Notes: generated by a model from the sequence alone, not told the origin. DNA of 64,000 bases from an uncultured virus (IMG/VR IMGVR_UViG_3300032268_000759) (IMGVR_UViG_3300032268_000759:32001-96000), one strand, 5' to 3'; shown: positions 30,840 through 40,223, counted from the stretch's first letter. Translations and numbers: made by a program.

Positions 30840-31703
30840 ATGGATAAATTAAGACAAATAATTAGAGAATCGTTAAAAAACCGCGCTTTAAATGAAGATT
30901 GCGGTTGTGGTTGCCATGGTAAGTGTGGTGATGATGCTCCTGTTTTAAATGAAAATTTAGCACGTAAACCATTACTAAGTGAACACCTACAATACCATGT
31001 TGATAATAAAAAACCACTAACTGAAAACACATTCCGTTATGGTTCCTCAGCATTCCTTGATTTATGGAAAGAAGCAAGAAAATTATACTCACGTAACTTA
31101 CTTGAAGTTGCTGGTTTAGATAAAGATATTATAGTTGAAACTGACTTAGGTGAATATGGTATATATGAAGGTCAAGAAGTACCATTAGATTTACCTATGA
31201 TTGAAGAAGGTCAAATGTTAGATAACTATGAAGTTGATTTTTTTCATACTAAAGCTAATGTATATGCTAATATAGAAATACCTAGTGAAAATCCAACATT
31301 TGAAGATGATATTCAAATAAAAGGAACAGGTAAAACTGAAGAAGAAGCTTTTGAAGATTTAAAACAAAATTACAATAATTACAAGAAAACAGGAATAAAT
31401 GAAGCTAAGTATCAAGGTAAAGAGGTTCAACTTAATAAACCTAAACGTGGTGGATCAAAGAAATTTTTTGTATATGTTATGAATCCTAAAACTAAAAAAG
31501 TTAAAAAAGTACAGTTTGGAGCAGCAGGTGGAGGTCAAAACTTAGCAGTTAAACTTAGAGATCCTAAAGCACGTAAAGCATTCGCTGCACGCCAAAACTG
31601 TGATAAGAAAAAAGACAGAACAACACCTGGTTACTGGAGTTGTAATATAGGTAGATATTGGAAATCATTGGGCGGTAGCTCAAATTTTAGCGGGTATTGG
31701 TAA
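30840..31703 (+). CDS. putative head-packaged multi-module protein
   Basis: Leader MDKLRQIIRES; C-terminal KKVQFG..RKAFAARQNC..GYWSC phage module after INE. Confidence 0.55.
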   Translation: MDKLRQIIRESLKNRALNEDCGCGCHGKCGDDAPVLNENLARKPLLSEHLQYHVDNKKPLTENTFRYGSSAFLDLWKEARKLYSRNLLEVAGLDKDIIVETDLGEYGIYEGQEVPLDLPMIEEGQMLDNYEVDFFHTKANVYANIEIPSENPTFEDDIQIKGTGKTEEEAFEDLKQNYNNYKKTGINEAKYQGKEVQLNKPKRGGSKKFFVYVMNPKTKKVKKVQFGAAGGGQNLAVKLRDPKARKAFAARQNCDKKKDRTTPGYWSCNIGRYWKSLGGSSNFSGYW

Positions 31704-31704
31704 T

Positions 31705-32055
31705 ATGAAACTATCAGAATTAAAACAAATAATTAGAGAAGAATACAGTTCAGCTTCAAAATTATATGAAATTGAAGGTGTTATTGCCATTGATACAGAT
31801 ACAGCATTTCATAAACAAATTATGTCTGATGTTCGCGCTATTAAAGGAGTTACAATTGTAAAGGATTATATTTATGACCCAGCAGGAGCATCAAGTAATA
31901 GAGGATATGCTAATTTAAATATAAAAATTGATCCATCACCATTTCCAGGTATGCAAGCTAAAGAAATTGTTGATATAGTAATTGATGATATTAAAAACAT
32001 TAAAGGTGTTCGGGCATTTAAATTAAAAAGTGGACCATTTAATGCTAATGTATAA
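31705..32055 (+). CDS. putative head-packaged protein
   Basis: Leader MKLSELKQIIREE. Confidence 0.5.
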   Translation: MKLSELKQIIREEYSSASKLYEIEGVIAIDTDTAFHKQIMSDVRAIKGVTIVKDYIYDPAGASSNRGYANLNIKIDPSPFPGMQAKEIVDIVIDDIKNIKGVRAFKLKSGPFNANV

Positions 32056-33005
32056 TGAATTTACAAAAACTAGTTAAAGAAGTATTAGATGAACAAAAAG
32101 TAAAACGTGATAGATGTTTACGTATTGCTGACCGTAAGTTTGATAAACCATCAGCTTATAAATCAGGTGCTGTTGTTCGTTGTCGTCAAGGAGATATTTG
32201 GAAAGGTATTAAAGAAGATGCTCATACTGTCACTGAAATTTATGATCAAAATATTATTAATCAAATATTTCAATCTAATTCTGAATTAGCAAGTGTAGGC
32301 ACACCTCAACAATACTCTCAATATTTAGATACTATATTTCCTAGTAGTAAAGTAAAAGATATTGTTTATCATGGTACTAATGCTAATGATATTGAAGGTG
32401 GTAGGTTAAGATTAAGTAAGGAAGGTGTGTATGGAGAAGGAATTTATGTTCAAACAAATAAAGAATTTACAGGAACATTTGGTTCAAATACACTTTCACT
32501 TATTATAGATACTAAAAAATCTTTTTCATTCTATGATAATGATGGCAAACCAAATAAACTATGGTTAACAATTCGTGATAAATACGCGAATATTAAAAAG
32601 TTTTATTGGGCTGATATTGCCAAAGAAGAATTTAGAGATGAAATTAAAAAGTTAGGTTATGATTCTATTAAGACAGAAGAAGGTGGTGGTAATGCATACT
32701 ATATCCTATTCAATCCAGAACAAATATATATATTAGGCTCTAAACAAGATATTGAAGGATTTAAAAAATCCATTAATAGATTAACTGAAGCTGAAAAAGA
32801 AACATTACGAGGTTGGTTTAAACGTTCTGGTCCTAAAGGTAAAGAAGGTGGATGGGTAGATTGCAATGCACCTGATGGAAAAGGAGGATATAAAGCATGT
32901 GGTAGAAAAAAAGGTGAAAAACGAGCTAAATATCCATCATGTCGTCCAACACCATCAGCATGTAAACAACCAGGCAAAGGTAAAAAGTGGGGGAAAACAA
33001 AATGA
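32055..33005 (+). CDS. ADP-ribosyltransferase-like (ART-PolyVal-like) domain inside a basic Cys-rich protein
   Basis: DIVYHGT...YGEGIYV...LGYDSIK..E..YILFNPEQI. Confidence 0.65.
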   Translation: MNLQKLVKEVLDEQKVKRDRCLRIADRKFDKPSAYKSGAVVRCRQGDIWKGIKEDAHTVTEIYDQNIINQIFQSNSELASVGTPQQYSQYLDTIFPSSKVKDIVYHGTNANDIEGGRLRLSKEGVYGEGIYVQTNKEFTGTFGSNTLSLIIDTKKSFSFYDNDGKPNKLWLTIRDKYANIKKFYWADIAKEEFRDEIKKLGYDSIKTEEGGGNAYYILFNPEQIYILGSKQDIEGFKKSINRLTEAEKETLRGWFKRSGPKGKEGGWVDCNAPDGKGGYKACGRKKGEKRAKYPSCRPTPSACKQPGKGKKWGKTK

Positions 33006-33640
33006 TTAAATTAATAGATATATTAAATGAAGTATTATCTGAAAATGATCCTAAAACAGGTACAGGTAAAAAACCTAAAGGATCAGGACGTCGTTTATAT
33101 ACAGATGAAGATCCTAAAGATACTGTATCTATTAAATTTAAAACTAAAGAAGATATAGTTAATACTTTAAATAAGAAATCATTTAAATCTAAACCTCATA
33201 ATCGTCAATCTCAAATTATTAATGTAATTCATCAACGAGTAAGAGCAGCATACAATAAAGCAAAAGAACCTGAAGTAAAATCTAGATTAAAACGTGCTTT
33301 AGATTATATTGAAAAACGTAAAGAAGCTTCTAAAAAGAAAACAGAACGTTTAAATAAATTAAAAGAAACACCAGATCCACAATCTGGCAAAGCAGCACCT
33401 TATGGTTCAGGATATGCTCCTATTAAAGAATTAGTAACAGACACAGAAGTTATTTGTGATAATTGTGGATGGGAATGGGATATAGCAGATGGTGGAGATG
33501 ATTTATATATTTGTCATAAATGTGGTCATGATAATACTCCAAAACAATTAAATGAAAAATGTTGGAAAGGATATACTCAAAAAGGTATGAAAACAATGTT
33601 TGGTAAAAAATATCCAAATTGTGTAAAAAATAAAAAATAA
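33002..33640 (+). CDS. putative head-packaged basic multi-module protein
   Basis: Start MIKLIDILNE; Zn ribbon CDNC..CHKC; KCWKGY..PNCV. Confidence 0.55.
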   Translation: MIKLIDILNEVLSENDPKTGTGKKPKGSGRRLYTDEDPKDTVSIKFKTKEDIVNTLNKKSFKSKPHNRQSQIINVIHQRVRAAYNKAKEPEVKSRLKRALDYIEKRKEASKKKTERLNKLKETPDPQSGKAAPYGSGYAPIKELVTDTEVICDNCGWEWDIADGGDDLYICHKCGHDNTPKQLNEKCWKGYTQKGMKTMFGKKYPNCVKNKK

Positions 33641-33643
33641 CTT

Positions 33644-33961
33644 ATGATAAAACTTATTAACTTATTAACTGAAGCTAAGGAAAGCTTTGAAACATTTGCT
33701 ACAAAACGTTTAGCAGGTGCTGAAAAAATAGCTGACACCACTCAAGAAGCAGGTGGATTATCTTTATTAACTTATAAACACTATAAAGTTAAATTACCAT
33801 ATTATAAAAAAGCAGCAGCTGGTAAATTAGATAAAGATACTGCTAAAAAGGAATTTGAAGAAACTTTAAAAAGTATATCTTTAGGTATGACCCAAACTCA
33901 ATTCCAAATAGAAGTTGGACGTTTAGAAGTATTAGGTGAATTATTAATAGAAAATAAATAA
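33644..33961 (+). CDS. putative head-packaged protein
   Basis: Leader MIKLINLLTE. Confidence 0.5.
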   Translation: MIKLINLLTEAKESFETFATKRLAGAEKIADTTQEAGGLSLLTYKHYKVKLPYYKKAAAGKLDKDTAKKEFEETLKSISLGMTQTQFQIEVGRLEVLGELLIENK

Positions 33962-33962
33962 T

Positions 33963-34586
33963 ATGTTAAATGTTGATATTCCAAGTTTTAAAGCTTTAGT
34001 TCGCAAATCATACTTTACAAAAAATTCAAAAGATACTGAGATTTTTTTAAATGTGTATGTTTTTGGAGCCCAATCTACATCTGGAAAAATATTAACCTTT
34101 CATGTTATGACTGATGATGGAATGGTTCGTAATAGAGTTCCAATATCAGAAATATATACTAAAATTCCAAAAAATGATATTCCATTCCACTTTAAACAAT
34201 TATGGGATTGTTTCTCTGAAAATGTAGCTATTATAGCTTATGATTTTTTAGCATATCATAAAGCACAAATTGTTTTAAAAGATGGAAGTAAAGTTTGGGG
34301 AAATTATATGTTTACTGTAGATTGGTTTAATAATCCACACAGTGATGAACCTTCAGATTATAAATGTGGTCATATATTTAAAGCTAGTGATGGTTATTTA
34401 TTATGTCAACCTAACAATAGAATATTTTGGAAAGATTCAAATTGGGTAACTAAAAAATTACCTGAAGATCTAAAACAATTTAAAGTAGATACTGAATTAC
34501 CATCAGTTGAAAATCAATCTGATAGATGGGTAACTGAGGATAGTGATTCATTTTATTATAATATGATTAATACTGAAAGTAAATGA
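33963..34586 (+). CDS. phage hypothetical protein
   Basis: QLWDCFS, FTVDW, YKCGH, QPNNRI motifs. Confidence 0.6.
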   Translation: MLNVDIPSFKALVRKSYFTKNSKDTEIFLNVYVFGAQSTSGKILTFHVMTDDGMVRNRVPISEIYTKIPKNDIPFHFKQLWDCFSENVAIIAYDFLAYHKAQIVLKDGSKVWGNYMFTVDWFNNPHSDEPSDYKCGHIFKASDGYLLCQPNNRIFWKDSNWVTKKLPEDLKQFKVDTELPSVENQSDRWVTEDSDSFYYNMINTESK

Positions 34587-34843
34587 CCCCATACACAGAC
34601 ATAGAAGTAACAGATAAATATATTATTCGTGAATTTAACGAAAATATAGACCCAATAGAATTAATGTGGCATCGCGATGATGAGCATCGTACTGTTGAAA
34701 TATTAGGTGAAACAAATTGGAAACTACAACTTGATAATAAATTACCGACTTCTATAAATGAGCAAATATTTATTGAAAGACACCAATGGCACCGAGTTAT
34801 TAAAGGAACTGGAACATTAAAACTAAAAATACATAAATCATGA
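34583..34843 (+). CDS. cupin-fold protein
   Basis: WHRD...W.LQLD...WHRVIKG. Confidence 0.6.
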   Translation: MTPYTDIEVTDKYIIREFNENIDPIELMWHRDDEHRTVEILGETNWKLQLDNKLPTSINEQIFIERHQWHRVIKGTGTLKLKIHKS

Positions 34844-35235
34844 AACTATCAGATTTAAGAAAATTAATTAAAGAAGAATTAACTAATATAACTGGAATGC
34901 CAGTTGAAGAAGTAGCTCACAAATTAGAAAAAGATGAGTTAGGTAAATTCTATGTGGTAACAAAACCCACAGATATGAAAGATGAGAATATGATTGAAAC
35001 TAATATTCTTGAATTTGCTAAGAAAATTAAATCAGGTGAAATAGATGAAGCTCGAATCATGGGTGTATATGAAAAATCAGGTTCAGCTAAAACTAGAGCT
35101 AAAGAATTAATGAAAGAAATTGAAGATGAATTAAACGAACTTCAATTAACTATGGATGAATATAGAACTAAAAAATCAGAAATAGAAGAGAAAAAAGCAA
35201 AAGCAGCAGAAATTATTAAAAAATATAAAAAATAA
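34840..35235 (+). CDS. putative head-packaged protein
   Basis: Leader MKLSDLRKLIKEEL. Confidence 0.5.
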   Translation: MKLSDLRKLIKEELTNITGMPVEEVAHKLEKDELGKFYVVTKPTDMKDENMIETNILEFAKKIKSGEIDEARIMGVYEKSGSAKTRAKELMKEIEDELNELQLTMDEYRTKKSEIEEKKAKAAEIIKKYKK

Positions 35236-36569
35236 TGAAATTAACTGATATATATAAAGCTATTAAGGAAAAAATGAGTGAAGAAGATATTCTTGCTACA
35301 TTAAAAAAACAATTAGATCCTAAAAGTACAGTTAAAGTAAATAAACCTGTAGTTAAGCCAAATATTATCTATACTGATAAAGCAAATGAAGAAGTAGCTG
35401 AAGCCTATAGACAATACAATGAAGAAGCTGTTGATCTTGATAAGGAAATAATTGACAATACTACTGGAAGACCAATTGTAACATATATCCTTCCAAAAAA
35501 TGGTGATGGTTCATATAATGTTATTTATAATGATGCTACTACAGGTGTGATATATGTAAGTAATGATGCTTGGGATGAAATTAATAATTTAAATCAACCA
35601 AATATGAATGAAGATGAGACAGAAGAATTATCTGAAGCATATGTCCCTGATAATATTAAGAAGTTTGCAAAACAAAAAGGTGCTAGCTCATTAGTAAACA
35701 AAATAGCAGGTTGGGCTGAAAAAGCTGGCAAAGGTATTCGTGGTGGAACAGCAATTGGAAAAAATTATAGTACTCTTATTTTAGATTTATCATATCAAGA
35801 CGGAGCTATTCGTATTAATCTTGATGACTATACAATTGAATTATATGGTGAAGAAGTTAACAGCTTTAATGAATTCAAATCAGTTTTAGCAAAAGAACCA
35901 ATGGATAAAATGGATATGAATGAAGAATTCACACGTATACAAAAATTAGCAGGTGTAATCACAGAAAGTCAATATAAAGAAAAATTAAATGAAATAACTA
36001 TGAAAAAACAAATTTTAAATGAAGAATTCAAACGCATGCAAAAACTAGCAGGCATTATTAATGAAAATCAAATCAATGAAGTTGAAGTAGATAAAGAAAA
36101 ACTAATGCCTATATTTGATGAAGTATTTAATGATAAAATACAAGACTATTCATCACTAGTAGGTACAGATCCTATTTATGATGGTTTAAATAATGTGATC
36201 AAAGATCCAAGTGTTAAACAAGCAATATTTGATTGGGCTTATTTAATAACAACTGAGGATGAAGATGACGAAGAAGAAGTAATAGATATGTTTGGAGGTT
36301 ATGTTAGTGATGGTGTTGATTATAAAATCATGAAAACTTTTACCCCTCAATTAGCTAAAAACTTAATAAAAGCAGGATTTACTTATGATAAAGATGAGGA
36401 TATATGGACTATCCCTCAACCATACTTAGATAAAATAGATAGTTCATTTAACTACTCAGATGGCGCTACATCTTATGGTATTATTTGGGATGTTTGGGGT
36501 GTAGATTATGATACAAGTCCTAGAGAAAATATAGGCTCTTATTTAGAAGACGCTGCCCAAGAATTATAA
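35235..36569 (+). CDS. putative head-packaged polyprotein
   Basis: Two internal EEFxRxQKLAG motifs at 35916 and 36000. Confidence 0.55.
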   Translation: MKLTDIYKAIKEKMSEEDILATLKKQLDPKSTVKVNKPVVKPNIIYTDKANEEVAEAYRQYNEEAVDLDKEIIDNTTGRPIVTYILPKNGDGSYNVIYNDATTGVIYVSNDAWDEINNLNQPNMNEDETEELSEAYVPDNIKKFAKQKGASSLVNKIAGWAEKAGKGIRGGTAIGKNYSTLILDLSYQDGAIRINLDDYTIELYGEEVNSFNEFKSVLAKEPMDKMDMNEEFTRIQKLAGVITESQYKEKLNEITMKKQILNEEFKRMQKLAGIINENQINEVEVDKEKLMPIFDEVFNDKIQDYSSLVGTDPIYDGLNNVIKDPSVKQAIFDWAYLITTEDEDDEEEVIDMFGGYVSDGVDYKIMKTFTPQLAKNLIKAGFTYDKDEDIWTIPQPYLDKIDSSFNYSDGATSYGIIWDVWGVDYDTSPRENIGSYLEDAAQEL

Positions 36570-36625
36570 TATATAGACCGATTCATAGCCGGTCGCTCTA
36601 ACAAGAGATAAAATAATATGGAGCT

Positions 36626-36651
36626 GTGGCCCACCCTAAAAGGTGGGCCAC
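36626..36651 (+). terminator. strong hairpin, probable terminator
   Basis: Perfect 10-bp stem GTGGCCCACC-CTAAAA-GGTGGGCCAC. Confidence 0.6.
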
Positions 36652-36656
36652 CTTAG

Positions 36657-36688
36657 TTTGTACTTTATAGATAAAAATATTATATTAA
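36657..36688 (+). promoter_or_regulatory. Bacteroidota-type promoter
   Basis: TTTG 36657-36660, N20, TATATTAA 36681-36688. Confidence 0.65.
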
Positions 36689-36694
36689 TAGCAT

Positions 36695-38008
36695 ATGAAT
36701 AAGAAAATTGTAATTGTAGGTAGTGGAGTAGCAGGTATTAGTGCTGCATTAAAATTAGTAGATAATAACTACCTAGGAGAGTTAATTACCATTATAGATA
36801 AAGGTAATGATCCTTATGTTCGTAAACCAGAAGAAGTAATGACAGGATTCGCTGGGGCTGGAGGATTCTCAGATGGTAAACTTACTTATCATACTTCAAT
36901 TGGTGGTCAATTAAGTAAATATTGTGGTGAAGAAAAAGCTTATGATTTAATGGATCAATCTATTGAAATGTGGAAACGTTTCCACCCGGATCCATCTAAA
37001 ATAATGTACTCAAATCCACAATCTGAACCGGATTTTATTAAACCTCATTTTGGTCTTCGTTTATTCCCAGTTTACCATATTGGTACAGATTATTTACACG
37101 AAATAGGAAAAACATGGTATCAATATTTAGTTGATAAAGGTGTTAAATTTGAATGGAGAGCAGAAGTTAAAACTATAGATTTTAATAACAATACAATTAA
37201 AATTGTAAATGTAGATCATACTGAATTACAAGCGAGTATATCATATGATAAACTTGTATTCGCAGTAGGTAAATCAGGTATTGACTTTGGTAAAAAATTA
37301 GCTGATGAATATGAACTACCTACAGAAGCTAAATCAGTGCAAATAGGGGTCCGTTTTGAATCACCACAAAAATACTTTCAAAAATTAATTGATATTAGTT
37401 ATGATTTTAAATTATATCAAAAGTTTGATAATGTGTCATTACGTTCATTTTGTACTAATAATAACGCAGCTTATGTAGCGGTAGAAGAAACATATGGTGA
37501 TGTCACATATAATGGTCATGCTAAAAAAGGTGAAGAGTTTAGAAATGATATGACTAACTTTGGTATATTAATGGAAATTAAAGGTATTGAAAATCCATTT
37601 GAATGGTCACGTCATGTAGTAGGACAATTACAAGTTGATGGTAAAGGATTATATTACTCACCAAACAAAACACGTAAACCAGGTATAACATCAGAAGGAA
37701 CAATTGTATCAGCATATCAAATAGATGATTTAGAAGAATTTGATGAAGTATTAGGTGAATACGCAAATTATATTATTAATTTTATTGATAATATGGATGA
37801 AGTATTTGGATTTGGTGATGACTGGGGTATGTATTTACCAGAAGTAAAGTATCTATCACCTGAACCATTAGTAAATTATACTAACTTAGCATTAAATGAA
37901 TTTCCAAATGTATATTTTGTTGGAGATGCATTGAGTGCTCGTGGTATTACTGTTTCAGGAGCGCATGGGATATATGTTGCTGAATATTTATTATCAAATA
38001 ACAACTAA
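36695..38008 (+). CDS. FAD/NAD(P)-dependent oxidoreductase
   Basis: IVGSGVAG Rossmann motif, GAGGFSDGKL, IGVRFE, YFVGDA..RGI. Confidence 0.85.
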   Translation: MNKKIVIVGSGVAGISAALKLVDNNYLGELITIIDKGNDPYVRKPEEVMTGFAGAGGFSDGKLTYHTSIGGQLSKYCGEEKAYDLMDQSIEMWKRFHPDPSKIMYSNPQSEPDFIKPHFGLRLFPVYHIGTDYLHEIGKTWYQYLVDKGVKFEWRAEVKTIDFNNNTIKIVNVDHTELQASISYDKLVFAVGKSGIDFGKKLADEYELPTEAKSVQIGVRFESPQKYFQKLIDISYDFKLYQKFDNVSLRSFCTNNNAAYVAVEETYGDVTYNGHAKKGEEFRNDMTNFGILMEIKGIENPFEWSRHVVGQLQVDGKGLYYSPNKTRKPGITSEGTIVSAYQIDDLEEFDEVLGEYANYIINFIDNMDEVFGFGDDWGMYLPEVKYLSPEPLVNYTNLALNEFPNVYFVGDALSARGITVSGAHGIYVAEYLLSNNN

Positions 38009-38508
38009 TGGCAAAAATAGTATTACTAAGTTGTACTAAATCAAAACTTGACAAACCATCTCCTGCACAGGAGTTATACTCTGCCTCTCCAATGTTTCAA
38101 AAGACATTGGAATATGGTAAAGCTCTTAAGCCTGATAAAATGTACATACTGTCAGCAAAACACCATCTTGTACCTTTACAAAAGGAACTAGCTCCATATG
38201 ATAAAACATTAAAGGAAATGCCTAAAGATGAAAAAGAAAAATGGGGAGAAGAAACAGTAAAACAAATGAAATCAGCAGGTATTAATCTTGAAAAAGATAA
38301 GTTTGTATTTTTAACTGGAGCAGAATATATGAAACCATTTACAGAATATATTCCAGAAGAAAATATTGAAAAACCAATGGAAGGAAAACGTTTTGGTGAA
38401 CGTTTAAGCTGGTTAAATAGTCAAATTAATAAAATAAGTGAAATAATTAATAAAATCAAAAATATAATTTATGAAGAAGTCAAAAAAGCAGCTAGAAGAA
38501 TATATTAA
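38008..38508 (+). CDS. DUF6884-like protein
   Basis: LLSCTKSK..PAQELY...ILSAKHHLV..PYD. Confidence 0.65.
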   Translation: MAKIVLLSCTKSKLDKPSPAQELYSASPMFQKTLEYGKALKPDKMYILSAKHHLVPLQKELAPYDKTLKEMPKDEKEKWGEETVKQMKSAGINLEKDKFVFLTGAEYMKPFTEYIPEENIEKPMEGKRFGERLSWLNSQINKISEIINKIKNIIYEEVKKAARRIY

Positions 38509-38713
38509 GCTGTATCTTAATGATGTTGAAGATTATGGTGATGAAGATAAATTTAATATCATCGCTGAACAGACATTATCTCGTTTAAGTAATAACTTAA
38601 TAACAGAGGGTGAGTTTGATATTAATCAAATATTAAACGAAGCAATAAGTAAAGCCCAAACTAAATCAAAAATAGTATTGGAAGATTTTCGTATTTATAT
38701 TGAAAATATTTAA
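38471..38713 (+). CDS. hypothetical protein
   Basis: 80 aa acidic ORF. Confidence 0.5.
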   Translation: MKKSKKQLEEYIKLYLNDVEDYGDEDKFNIIAEQTLSRLSNNLITEGEFDINQILNEAISKAQTKSKIVLEDFRIYIENI

Positions 38714-38719
38714 AACAAG

Positions 38720-38751
38720 TTTGGCTCCTTCGGGAGCCTTACTTATATTTA
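38720..38751 (+). promoter_or_regulatory. Bacteroidota-type promoter overlapping cUUCGg hairpin
   Basis: TTTG 38720, GGCTCC-TTCG-GGAGCC, TATATTTA 38744; near copy of the 1499 element. Confidence 0.75.
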
Positions 38752-38768
38752 TAATATAAATCAAAGTT

Positions 38769-39008
38769 ATGGACAAAACAGAATTTCCACAATCAAAGAA
38801 GTACACAAAGTCTGATGGTACAGTAATGTATCTATGGGACAAAAAGTTACATAACTGGGATGGGCCAGCATTAATACCTGAGGGCGAGAATAAACGTCGT
38901 GAATATTATTTATATGGTATTAAATATGATGAAAAAGAATGGAAGTTTCGTAAAAAACAATTAGTAGGATTGCCATTTTATAAGATGGCTGGAACAAAAA
39001 TGAGATAA
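38769..39008 (+). CDS. hypothetical protein with LHxxDGPA motif
   Basis: KLHNWDGPALI...EYYLYG. Confidence 0.6.
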   Translation: MDKTEFPQSKKYTKSDGTVMYLWDKKLHNWDGPALIPEGENKRREYYLYGIKYDEKEWKFRKKQLVGLPFYKMAGTKMR

Positions 39009-39011
39009 TAT

Positions 39012-39536
39012 ATGAGAATTGGATTAACAGGAACAATGTCAGTTGGTAAAACAACACTTGTAAACACATTAAAAGAACTTGAGCAATTTAAAGAATATCA
39101 AACAGCAACAGAACGTAGTAAGTATCTAAATGAACTTGGTATACCATTAAATACTGATTCTACATTACCAGGACAATTTGTATTTATAGCTGAACGTGCT
39201 AGTGAATTACTTCAAGAAAATATTATCACTGATAGAACAATATATGATGTATGTGCTTTTACATTCAGTGCTCAATCTATTGAGTGGTCACATAAAGAAG
39301 CATTTGTAAAAGCAGCTATACCATTAGCAGCAATGTATGATATTATATTTTATATTTCACCTGAAGGAGTTGAACTAGAAGATAATGGTGTTAGAACAAC
39401 TGATCCTGATTATCGTATAAAAATTGATATGGTTATTCAAGCAATGTTAAATGAATATCCACCTAATAGATTGGTTAAAATATCAGGTACTACAGAAGAA
39501 CGTATTGAACAAATTAAAGAGGCACTTTCCCATTAA
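39012..39536 (+). CDS. P-loop nucleotide kinase-like ATPase (NadR/AAA_28-like)
   Basis: GTMSVGKTT, ITDRTIYD, EDNGVR. Confidence 0.75.
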   Translation: MRIGLTGTMSVGKTTLVNTLKELEQFKEYQTATERSKYLNELGIPLNTDSTLPGQFVFIAERASELLQENIITDRTIYDVCAFTFSAQSIEWSHKEAFVKAAIPLAAMYDIIFYISPEGVELEDNGVRTTDPDYRIKIDMVIQAMLNEYPPNRLVKISGTTEERIEQIKEALSH

Positions 39537-39558
39537 TATTTATATGTAAATAAACAAT

Positions 39559-40221
39559 ATGAGCAAAATAAATATCCGCCAAATCATTCAAGAAGAATTA
39601 AATATAGCATTAGATGAAATGGCTCGTGCTAAAGTAATTTACACACTTAAAGACAAATCATCACTAGAAAAAGTAGTAGATGCTGCTAAAGGTAATACTA
39701 AAATGGCACTACAGTATTTGTTAGATAAAGGTGAAATGGCTATATCTGACTTAGCTAAAGAACTTAAAAAAGATGCAGCTACATTTAACAATCCAGGTTT
39801 TAGAAAATTAATGTCAGATTTATCTGATAAAAATATAGTAAGTATCTCAGCTGGTACTCCAAGTATGTCTACTCCATCAGTTACTCCTGCCCCTAAAATG
39901 GCTAAAGTAAGTACACCAACAGATGGTGAAGAAGATTTTGAAAAAGAAATGCCATCAGATATTGATGTAATGGCTGGTGAAAAAGAATTTGGAGATGCTA
40001 CAGCAGATACATTAGGAGCAGAAGAAAAAGCTAAATTTGAAAAATTAAATACTGCTATTAGAAATAAAGTAGCTAAATTAGAAAAAATGTCTGTTAAAGA
40101 TAGAATTAAATCTCCTGATTTAGCAGTAGTGAAACAAATCATTAATAAACCTGAAGTTAAAAAACTATTTAGATCTAAAGGTATTGATGTAATGGATTTA
40201 GTTAGTAGTGTGATAGGTTAA
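39559..40221 (+). CDS. putative head-packaged protein
   Basis: Leader IRQIIQEELNIALDE followed by possible HTH-like region. Confidence 0.5.
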   Translation: MSKINIRQIIQEELNIALDEMARAKVIYTLKDKSSLEKVVDAAKGNTKMALQYLLDKGEMAISDLAKELKKDAATFNNPGFRKLMSDLSDKNIVSISAGTPSMSTPSVTPAPKMAKVSTPTDGEEDFEKEMPSDIDVMAGEKEFGDATADTLGAEEKAKFEKLNTAIRNKVAKLEKMSVKDRIKSPDLAVVKQIINKPEVKKLFRSKGIDVMDLVSSVIG

Positions 40222-40223
40222 TC

